This document shows positions 1-8,671 of a stretch of DNA of 64,000 nucleotides, one piece after another. The stretch comes from a virus. The position numbers were made by a program, and so were the translations under genes. The notes below the pieces were generated by a model that saw only the letters and a list, made by a program, of their open reading frames with translations, did no database searches and was not told where the DNA came from. Position 1 is the stretch's first letter, and every line of letters starts with the position of its first letter. The stretch lies in IMG/VR virus record IMGVR_UViG_3300032313_001035, one strand, 5' to 3'.

Positions 1-1211
1 AATGGCGAACCTGATAACCAAGTGCATAGATATACTTGCTCATCATCATAACCATCATCATTATCAAAACGATAAACTTTATCAGCGTAAATTGGAGTAT
101 CGAAAGAGAAAGCACCACATTCTACGAATTTACTATCATTGATATTTAATCTGATATAAGGGTATATACTATTAGGAGCTTTTATATGATTTATACCCGA
201 TTTTATATTATATGATTTATTGTATAATACGTAATTTAATGCTAATGTTTCGTCTTTTTCTTTATCAATATCATTGAAAATTGAGGTATAATCTCTCATA
301 CCTTCCATAAAAAACAGTGACATATTACTAGAAAGCAAATTGTTGCCAGATGTGAATAAGTCATTTTGTGTCAATTGATTCTTTAACGTGATAATCTCAG
401 CATTATCATCATCAACATGTATAAGATAATTATTTTTTATATCCTTTGTTATGAGATTATTCGGTATATTATTAGTTGTGTCATAACCCACTAGACTAAA
501 ATTATCAGCATTATTAATATTTTTGTATAATGGTCGATCAATCAGTATAGCGTTATTCGTGGATAATCTCTTATTGTCTTCTTCAAATGTTTGTAGAGAC
601 AAGCTATTATCCAATTTTGTTAAAATCTTACAAACGCCATCACTATTTTCGAATAAACACAGTGAATTATTTGTTTTGGAGTATATGTAATTAAAAGTTA
701 TTGGCGTGATATTTGCTCCTTTAGCATAAAAAGATAATATGCCTATATTATCTATTCCTAAATAATATTTTTTATAATTAAGTGCAGCATATACTCTGCA
801 CCTGTTTTCGCTCAGGAATTCTATGATAAATTCTGAAGATTGGGCAACATTTGTTTCAAAAGTATAATCACCATATTCTAAATATTCGTTGAATACACCT
901 AGACTTGCTAATAATCGGCGGTCTTTTAAATTAAACTTCAAATAATTGCTTCCAAAATTTAGTTTTGTTAGCATTGATTCGGATTTGATATCGTCTTTTA
1001 TAACTTCTTTGATATCATCCAACAAAATTTCATCAGTAAGATAAAAAGTACTGTAATTTTTATGTTTAACATCTCTTATTTTAGTAAAAGCGTTGTAAAA
1101 ATTTAAAGATAATCCGCCCTCATAATACCTGTTATATTTTTTTAGGGCATTAATGTCGTTTGCAAATTCTCGGGGCTTGCACGATGATAATTTTTCTACA
1201 GTTACATCCAC
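1..1211 (-). CDS. Virion/baseplate-region protein, partial (runs off window start)
   Basis: GTG at 1211 (VDVTVEKLSSCKPREF...) with TAAATA 5 nt upstream; co-oriented with baseplate genes; absent from the ORF track, presumably because it is truncated; I read only the first ~50 codons. Confidence 0.6.
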   Translation of the reverse strand, partial: MDVTVEKLSSCKPREFANDINALKKYNRYYEGGLSLNFYNAFTKIRDVKHKNYSTFYLTDEILLDDIKEVIKDDIKSESMLTKLNFGSNYLKFNLKDRRLLASLGVFNEYLEYGDYTFETNVAQSSEFIIEFLSENRCRVYAALNYKKYYLGIDNIGILSFYAKGANITPITFNYIYSKTNNSLCLFENSDGVCKILTKLDNSLSLQTFEEDNKRLSTNNAILIDRPLYKNINNADNFSLVGYDTTNNIPNNLITKDIKNNYLIHVDDDNAEIITLKNQLTQNDLFTSGNNLLSSNMSLFFMEGMRDYTSIFNDIDKEKDETLALNYVLYNKSYNIKSGINHIKAPNSIYPYIRLNINDSKFVECGAFSFDTPIYADKVYRFDNDDGYDDEQVYLCTWLSGSP

Positions 1212-1219
1212 AATATTAT

Positions 1220-1705
1220 TTAATTGAACGGCGTTTCGACCTCTACCAGTAAACCATCTTTTTTGGTTATAAATTGATGTATTTTTTTATCAGTTTTTAG
1301 CACAGTATTCAATAAATACATATCTTCGATACTTTCGACATAATCGTAATTGGTAATTGTTATGGGAATAGTGAATATGGAGACATCATTATTACAATAT
1401 TTTAATGTGCATACCGCCGTAAGTTGTTGTGTTTTACTATTAGCGTTTGGATAATAAATTTTCTTGAAAGTTTGATAAAAAAATGAAGAAAAAGCATTAT
1501 TTATCAATAGTTTCGGGGTAAAAATATCATTTTCCATGAATAGGCTGCTACCATCGCCCCAGTCTATATGTAAATAAAGTGGTAAAAATTTTTCAGATAT
1601 ATTAAACACATCCAATTCTAATTGAGTGATGTCAACTATAGATAAGGAAGCAGTGGTACTAACATTTGTATTGTTCGAAGACAATGAAAGGGTTGCATTA
1701 TTCAT
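1220..1705 (-). CDS. Structural protein with PKD-like IDWGDG motif
   Basis: HIDWGDGS motif; baseplate operon context. Confidence 0.55.
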   Translation of the reverse strand: MNNATLSLSSNNTNVSTTASLSIVDITQLELDVFNISEKFLPLYLHIDWGDGSSLFMENDIFTPKLLINNAFSSFFYQTFKKIYYPNANSKTQQLTAVCTLKYCNNDVSIFTIPITITNYDYVESIEDMYLLNTVLKTDKKIHQFITKKDGLLVEVETPFN

Positions 1706-4251
1706 TTTTGATCATATTGGTTTAATTTTAACATTTTGAAAGGATTAACCTTGTATTCCATTTCAATTATACTGAAATAGTTATCATTATCTTTTAATAA
1801 GAATGAAAGATTGAATATATTTTTCTTGGAATTATAAGATATTTTTGGAGTATCTAAATGTGTGAAATTAATATTGTTGACCGTTATTGGTTGAATATTC
1901 GAATCTTTCAATATTTTTATTTGATGTTTCGACGTATCGAATTCATAAATCGTAGGTATAATTCTAAAATTAACACTTGATTCAATATTGATTTTGTTTA
2001 AAATGACAAAATACACAAAATCATCTTTTTTGTAAGCGTTACTTATTTTATTAAAATTATCATTGTTATGAGTGAATCGATAAGTTGTTTCCAACGGCGT
2101 TGAAAATTCTCCATTATCATAGTTTATTTTAGTTATAACATAATTATTAGTTGTTTCTATAAACAACACATCTGATGTTATGTCAAATGCTCTGACACCG
2201 CTAATGCATTCATTGTAAGTTGATAGAGGTAAAACATCTGCCAAATACGGTAATTGAGTTTCCAGTTTTGAAATTGTCATATCATAAGCATTTCTGACAT
2301 AAATACCGCCTTTTAAATTATACCTTTCGTATAATGTTTTATTTTCTCCTTCTGGTGTATCATCTACTAGTGTTGGCAAGAACACTGTATTATCGTAGAC
2401 ACTACCTACACTAAAAGGTTCAGCTTCAGGAATATTGGAAAACGACCCACCATCAATTAGATATGCTGATAGGTTGTTTGGGATTACTTCCATTGTCATG
2501 TTAGCAGTTAATGATGGATACAACGGATCTGATAGAGCTCTTTGCAAAGGATTTATAGTATGTATACCACCTTCTATTAATATCGAATAGTAATACGAGC
2601 CACTGTTTTCATAAGCACTTAAATCCGAAGATACTGTATCGATATAAGGCACATCACCATCGGCAAAGAATATACCATCGAAAGTATTTACAATTGGAAA
2701 ATATTCGGGACTGTAATAAAAATAATCATCTTTGAAAGTTCCAGCTACTATCTGTGAAAAATTACCACTAAGTATAAAACCATTTGTAAATGGAGTCAAT
2801 CCTGTTCTGATAGTATCTACGAATGTGGTATCATCAACAACTGAATAATCAAAACCAAATCCTTCACCGTAAAGGTAGTCAAAAAATGTATGTCCATTTA
2901 GTATTTGATATGCTGAAAATTGATCGTTGTCCTTAGTGATGGATTTTTTAAAACTTCCATCATTTTTCATCAAACCAAATAGATTGTTATAAATATCTTT
3001 TTTAGAATCTTGTATATATCCCTGTGCAAAAACATCATCAAGATATTTTTTAGAATTTGGTTCTATTTTCGATATGTATCCATAATATTTGGTATCATCC
3101 TTTTTACTAAATGGTTTATTTTTAGCCTTACCTGAAGTAAAATTGCGTCTGACCGAGTCGTCATTATTGATAAAGGTCAAAATATCACCATTGACTCCTC
3201 TTATATTTGGATCTGGAAAATAATAAATCGTATTGGGTTCAAATTTGTCAATATTGTATGTGTATCTTGTATTGTTACCGTCAATATTGATAATTGATGT
3301 TTTATGTGGTCTAAAAAATCCGATAACATCTGGAGTTACTAATACTTTCTTATCACTAGACGCTGTTGTTGGATTATCAATATTGAAAAAGTTTAAGGCA
3401 GGTCTATCTACTTTGAATAACAAACCAGATACGAAATCAGTTGCGGTAGAACCAGTCGATAAATAATAGAAATCATTACCAATATACTTTTGGGTCAATT
3501 TTCTTTTATTGTCCAATAAGTCATTTATTTCCTTTTGTTCTAGTTGTTTTTCACTAAAATTTGAAAATACTTCAGTGATTAATTCATTATTATCTTTTAA
3601 AAAAATATTTAAATCGTAGTCTAAATCTTTATTGTCGTATATTTTATCATTTGGTGTTTGATTGAAATATAATGGATAGATATCATATAACTCTTCAATT
3701 TCTACGTTTAATTCTTGTTTTAAATTATCAATATCGAATAAATATGCACTATCTTGTAGTCTTTCTAAATAACTAATTATGTTATTTTTTAATTCTGTCT
3801 TTAAAAGATCTGGAGTACCTGTCATTTTCTTCTTAAGAACTTGATATTTAAGTTCTTCTCTTTTCTTATTGTAAAAATTGGATATCTCTATCAATTTTTT
3901 ACTATAAAAAGGTACTGCTAATTCCAAATCTAGAGGATCATTTAAATCTATTTGTGATAAAAACTTTTTTTCATCTTCATTTGTATAATTGATTGATACA
4001 TCTCTGACAAAATCTCGATACTTTTGAACGATAACAGCATTGGCATCTTCTTCCTTTAAATTTTTTACACTGTGCCATTCTCTGATATAGCTTAGATAAA
4101 CCGACTGCATTGATTGCGGCGATATAACATTGTCTATTATTTTTATAAATTCCAAAAACGAGAACGGATTTTCCAAATCTAAAGCATTAGTATTGCTAAC
4201 GTTAGGATTCGTTATTGATTTTGGAATCGTATAATTTAATGTATCAGCCAT
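1702..4251 (-). CDS. Large virion structural protein (baseplate region)
   Basis: 849 aa; TAAATA upstream; operon with gp6/gp25. Confidence 0.55.
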   Translation of the reverse strand: MADTLNYTIPKSITNPNVSNTNALDLENPFSFLEFIKIIDNVISPQSMQSVYLSYIREWHSVKNLKEEDANAVIVQKYRDFVRDVSINYTNEDEKKFLSQIDLNDPLDLELAVPFYSKKLIEISNFYNKKREELKYQVLKKKMTGTPDLLKTELKNNIISYLERLQDSAYLFDIDNLKQELNVEIEELYDIYPLYFNQTPNDKIYDNKDLDYDLNIFLKDNNELITEVFSNFSEKQLEQKEINDLLDNKRKLTQKYIGNDFYYLSTGSTATDFVSGLLFKVDRPALNFFNIDNPTTASSDKKVLVTPDVIGFFRPHKTSIINIDGNNTRYTYNIDKFEPNTIYYFPDPNIRGVNGDILTFINNDDSVRRNFTSGKAKNKPFSKKDDTKYYGYISKIEPNSKKYLDDVFAQGYIQDSKKDIYNNLFGLMKNDGSFKKSITKDNDQFSAYQILNGHTFFDYLYGEGFGFDYSVVDDTTFVDTIRTGLTPFTNGFILSGNFSQIVAGTFKDDYFYYSPEYFPIVNTFDGIFFADGDVPYIDTVSSDLSAYENSGSYYYSILIEGGIHTINPLQRALSDPLYPSLTANMTMEVIPNNLSAYLIDGGSFSNIPEAEPFSVGSVYDNTVFLPTLVDDTPEGENKTLYERYNLKGGIYVRNAYDMTISKLETQLPYLADVLPLSTYNECISGVRAFDITSDVLFIETTNNYVITKINYDNGEFSTPLETTYRFTHNNDNFNKISNAYKKDDFVYFVILNKINIESSVNFRIIPTIYEFDTSKHQIKILKDSNIQPITVNNINFTHLDTPKISYNSKKNIFNLSFLLKDNDNYFSIIEMEYKVNPFKMLKLNQYDQK

Positions 4252-4256
4252 TTTTA

Positions 4257-6344
4257 TTATTTAACCAGTCCGAGGGATTGATAAAGGTTGTCTCTGAATA
4301 AAAAATTGATCAAGAATGATCTAAATTCAGGCAATTCATGTTCTACTAATATAAATTCGCCGTCTTGTGTTAATAACGGTTCGTTGTTTTCACCTCTGAC
4401 AACATATTCAGAAAACAACATATCGTAATATATACTACTATTGTCTAATATGGTGTTATCATATACAGTATTATCATATGTGTCAACATATTTGAAAAAT
4501 AAATAATATTTTTCCATGTCTTTATATTCGAACTGTGATGGTAATACTAATCCCCATCCCCAGTTTGAATTATACCCTGATAATTTATAAGAATCTGTTC
4601 CCGTTTCTTCGGTTGGTTGTCTGGTGTTTAGTAATGTGTATTCGTTGCTAAACTTTTCGAGCGCTACAATAGGTATACCTGCGGATATTGTGTATGTGTC
4701 GGTATTGATACGATCACCCAAATTTGTTCCGTATATTTCTTTTGATGAAAATCCTCTGATATCAAAATTTTGATTGAATTTATTTTTGATACCTAATAAT
4801 TTATTATCTGTCATCGAAGATAAATCCATTATTCTTTTAATTTTTTCAGGATATGATATTAAAAGTGAGTCATAGATATTATTGGGTGTTATGCCCATCA
4901 TTTCCATTTGAGAAATTAATGCGGTGATTTCGTTTCTATCAACATCTTGGGTATTCCCAACAAAATTTGATATTTTTTCATATATTTTTTTACCCAAGGT
5001 GTCATACGATGAGTTTATATCACCAAATACTGAACCGATAAATTCATCAAATAATACATTTTTATCCAATAAAATCTCTTGGAACCTCAATCCTTTAAAC
5101 ATTTCAGTAGCATCGAAGTCTTCATTTATCTTAGTCATCGAAATAAAATTTTGGGGATAAATATCGAATACATTCGATTCTCCATTTAATGGATAAACTG
5201 TCCCATTTACAGATGATACGCTGCCACTAACAGTGATTTTAACATTATTTAATTTTTCATCACTATTGAATATGATACTTTTCCTAAAAGAACCATCAAA
5301 ATTTTCAATATTTTTTAAGGTATAATATGTATTATTGATCAAATCTTCCCCCGATAATACTTGAAACGTGAAGGTAGATGCTGATAATGGTTTGAGACTT
5401 TTAACTGTAAAATGTTCGTTATCTTTTACTTTTACCACGAAAGACATCTCAACATTATGAAACTTATCACTATCGATATTAAACACTGTAGATGGATAAA
5501 ATTCACCATCCATACCATTGGTTGTTATACTAAATTTATTGATAGTATCATTTTCTATAATCTTTGCTGATAATGTTATTGATGAGCTATTGTTATATAT
5601 TTCATTAGTTCTTTTATCAAAGAAAAATTCAATATTAACATCGTCAATAGTATCATTTTTGAAAAATACTGTATTTTTACCAGAAAGACCCACATAAAAT
5701 GAACCAATATCGCTTTTATCAGCGAATACTAATGTGTTGTTTGCAATTTTTGCATATACCTCTGATGTAGGTATGGCTATTTTATCGACTTCGATATATT
5801 CGAAAGATTTTGTTTGATAATTGTATTTTTTTTCAAACATCGAATAATTATTTTTCAAATGTCTGAATTTATCTGCTGTATTTTGGAAGTAATAAATACT
5901 ATCAGAGTTATAAACCCTATAATAGATATCACCTTGCTCAGAATTTATTGGATAAGACGCTGTAAAGTTGATAGGTCCTCCAATTTTACCAGTTTTCCAT
6001 ATAATTTGATTATTATATGTCGGGTCATCAAATGTTATATTGAAAGTATGTGGTAAAAAATCTCTAATTACTACAGTTCTAGAATTAACGGAAATAATAG
6101 AATTGGAAAAACAATCATAAATTGTTAAATTCGTTACATATTTTCCAGGTTTATCATAATATTTTTTAGCTGTTAGTGCGGAAGAATAAGTATTGTCTCC
6201 AAAATCCCATAACAATTTTATATATGAAAAATTATTGACATTCGGTATGAACGTCAGAGGAGTCTCCTTTAATGCGTAGGAACTCAAAGAATTTTGATTT
6301 TTAAAATCAATTATAAAATAATCAATATTTTCTAAATTACTCAT
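4257..6344 (-). CDS. PKD-domain virion/baseplate protein
   Basis: LWDFGDNT...YDKPGKYVTNLTI PKD signature; follows gp6. Confidence 0.6.
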   Translation of the reverse strand: MSNLENIDYFIIDFKNQNSLSSYALKETPLTFIPNVNNFSYIKLLWDFGDNTYSSALTAKKYYDKPGKYVTNLTIYDCFSNSIISVNSRTVVIRDFLPHTFNITFDDPTYNNQIIWKTGKIGGPINFTASYPINSEQGDIYYRVYNSDSIYYFQNTADKFRHLKNNYSMFEKKYNYQTKSFEYIEVDKIAIPTSEVYAKIANNTLVFADKSDIGSFYVGLSGKNTVFFKNDTIDDVNIEFFFDKRTNEIYNNSSSITLSAKIIENDTINKFSITTNGMDGEFYPSTVFNIDSDKFHNVEMSFVVKVKDNEHFTVKSLKPLSASTFTFQVLSGEDLINNTYYTLKNIENFDGSFRKSIIFNSDEKLNNVKITVSGSVSSVNGTVYPLNGESNVFDIYPQNFISMTKINEDFDATEMFKGLRFQEILLDKNVLFDEFIGSVFGDINSSYDTLGKKIYEKISNFVGNTQDVDRNEITALISQMEMMGITPNNIYDSLLISYPEKIKRIMDLSSMTDNKLLGIKNKFNQNFDIRGFSSKEIYGTNLGDRINTDTYTISAGIPIVALEKFSNEYTLLNTRQPTEETGTDSYKLSGYNSNWGWGLVLPSQFEYKDMEKYYLFFKYVDTYDNTVYDNTILDNSSIYYDMLFSEYVVRGENNEPLLTQDGEFILVEHELPEFRSFLINFLFRDNLYQSLGLVK

Positions 6345-8145
6345 TTGTTATTACTATTTTTTTGTATATTGATTGAGGATTATAAAAGTATGGAAATTTG
6401 AAAAAATCCAAAGTTGTAGTCTGTGATACAATACTTTCATCAGAATTTTCATATATTGGATTCCAAGCGAAAAATGATATACCATTGAATATTTCATTGT
6501 TATTCACAGTTCTTAGTCCAGATACACCTTCTAACTTTAGAATGTTGGATGTTAATTGTGATAGATCCAATTTTTGCCCCAGTTTGTTATTGGAGTTTTT
6601 GAAAAAATCTAATATAATATCGCCAATTTTTCTTTTCAATGTTTCAGGATTCGTTCTGAAATTGTTTGTTCTAGATATTTCCAAATAACTAGTATTGATA
6701 ACATTCAAATCTGGTGTGGAGTTTGTATATCCAATATCAAATGCCACATAAACAGGATCTCTCGGCACAATCTCGTGACTAATTATTTTTCGAGGCGAAG
6801 CTTTATCGATGATAAGATTTTTCAAACTATTAGAAAGAAAAGGTGGATACCCACCATCGGTTGTTATCTCAAATTTGGGAACACAAAATATATTCACATT
6901 ATTAAAGTCGCAAGAATCAGCAAAATTCACTTGATTTATAATTACCCTATTTGATTTATTTGGATCTACACAAATTTTATAGAAGTAATCAATATATTCA
7001 CTTATGAAAGTTTTATTACTAACCGTTTTGACAGATGCGATGATATTTGATAATTCTTTACCCAAAAAGGCATCGTCATAATCTTGTTCTGTTGCTAATT
7101 TTAATTGTGAGTTTAGATATTTTGGAACATTTTGCTTGATCTGATCAACCGTTTCGGCATTTGAAACAGGTGTTGAATTTTCAGTATTGTTGAAAAATAA
7201 AGATCCTGCATTCGTCAAATTGATAATACTATCAGTGCTGATATTTGTAGTATCTGCATAGATTTGATTAAAACGAGAACTGTTATAATTGAACAACTTA
7301 TTACCATCTATAGCACCTTTGCTGATTATTCCTTTGGTATTGTCACTCAATAGGTAATATATTGCTACTTCGTCTTCATTTTTCAATTTTTTACCAAAAA
7401 TATCATTTCCAAATTTTACTTCATAAAATCCGTTATCATTTAGTCTGACACTGTAATATCGGTCGTTATTTCTAGCTAAGAAAATATTTTCAATTGGCTC
7501 ATAGCGATACCATTTCCCATCAGTCTTTTCTTTAACGTAAACACTTATCGTCCCATCCGCAATAAATCGTGTATCATTTTTGTTTACCCTATTTTCAACG
7601 ACAATCGGTAAAGTTTCGAAATCTACTCCAATTGCGGTATACGTGGGGTATTCACCAATAGTTCCTTGGTGTAAGATTAGATTATTTTTAATATTTTGGA
7701 TGTCTTGTTCGCCAGAAATAGTCTTTTCAAACGTAAAATCATCTAGAACAGTGTATTGTATTTTATCAATCAACACAAAACTGTATTTTCTAAGGGTATA
7801 ACTACCTTCAGGGAGAGAAGCACTCGCGGTACAAGCAACGGGAACCAATGATGTTTGTTTACCTGTTGGTTTATAACCTATTAAATTTACAATTTTATTC
7901 ACGTTTTCATACAATGTTGCTTGTGAAAACATGCTTTCAGATGCAGTCTGATTCAAATAAAATAATAAAACATGATAACTATATGCAATTATATCGATAA
8001 AAGCTGCTAAATTACTACCTTCATAATTCTGATCGGTGAAAGTAGCGTTTTCATTCAATCTTTGGATGATGAAATCTTTCAGAGAAAGAGCATCAAAATT
8101 GATGTAAGCATTTTGAGGTAAATTGTATTCCAGAGATTCTTTCAT
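6337..8145 (-). CDS. gp6: Baseplate wedge subunit (T4 gp6-like)
   Basis: FTDQNYEGSNLAAFIDIIAY..NQTASESMFSQATLYENV..IGYKP; YEVKFGNDIFGKKL; ETVDQIK. Confidence 0.9.
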   Translation of the reverse strand: MKESLEYNLPQNAYINFDALSLKDFIIQRLNENATFTDQNYEGSNLAAFIDIIAYSYHVLLFYLNQTASESMFSQATLYENVNKIVNLIGYKPTGKQTSLVPVACTASASLPEGSYTLRKYSFVLIDKIQYTVLDDFTFEKTISGEQDIQNIKNNLILHQGTIGEYPTYTAIGVDFETLPIVVENRVNKNDTRFIADGTISVYVKEKTDGKWYRYEPIENIFLARNNDRYYSVRLNDNGFYEVKFGNDIFGKKLKNEDEVAIYYLLSDNTKGIISKGAIDGNKLFNYNSSRFNQIYADTTNISTDSIINLTNAGSLFFNNTENSTPVSNAETVDQIKQNVPKYLNSQLKLATEQDYDDAFLGKELSNIIASVKTVSNKTFISEYIDYFYKICVDPNKSNRVIINQVNFADSCDFNNVNIFCVPKFEITTDGGYPPFLSNSLKNLIIDKASPRKIISHEIVPRDPVYVAFDIGYTNSTPDLNVINTSYLEISRTNNFRTNPETLKRKIGDIILDFFKNSNNKLGQKLDLSQLTSNILKLEGVSGLRTVNNNEIFNGISFFAWNPIYENSDESIVSQTTTLDFFKFPYFYNPQSIYKKIVITNE

Positions 8146-8154
8146 TATAATTAT

Positions 8155-8640
8155 TTAGAGTGTTGTATAACCTATCGTATTTAATTTTGATTTAATCGAT
8201 AATCCTTCCACGTTTAATGATGGAACATTTATCTGTAAATAAATTTCGTATTCATTATCATCTGGTTTAGGGACGACGAGAACCCCTGTTAATTCAATTC
8301 TTGGTTCATTTAGCGGTAATTTTCTAAAAATATCATCTTGTATCACATCTGCCGTGTATTTATTGACAGGCTCAAACAAAAATCTACGCAAATCCACCCC
8401 AAAAGTAGGATTTAATATTTTTTGACCAGGTGATGTTAAAAAACAATTAGCTACACTATTTTTAACTGCCTCTATATCAAAAATTGCTTGAACATCTTTC
8501 AAACTTTCTTTTTTATTAAGTTGATTATTTATGTAATATTGTGGACTCAAGTCAAAATCAATATCTTTATACAAATAACCATTATTCAATGATTTTTGCT
8601 TGTTATCGCTATTTTTAAGAGATGTTATCTTTATGCTCAT
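8155..8640 (-). CDS. gp25: Baseplate wedge subunit (T4 gp25-like)
   Basis: AVKNSVANCFLTSPGQKILNPTFGVDLRRFLFEP...EPRI. Confidence 0.9.
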   Translation of the reverse strand: MSIKITSLKNSDNKQKSLNNGYLYKDIDFDLSPQYYINNQLNKKESLKDVQAIFDIEAVKNSVANCFLTSPGQKILNPTFGVDLRRFLFEPVNKYTADVIQDDIFRKLPLNEPRIELTGVLVVPKPDDNEYEIYLQINVPSLNVEGLSIKSKLNTIGYTTL

Positions 8641-8671
8641 ACAATTATTTAGATTCTTATTAAATAATTAT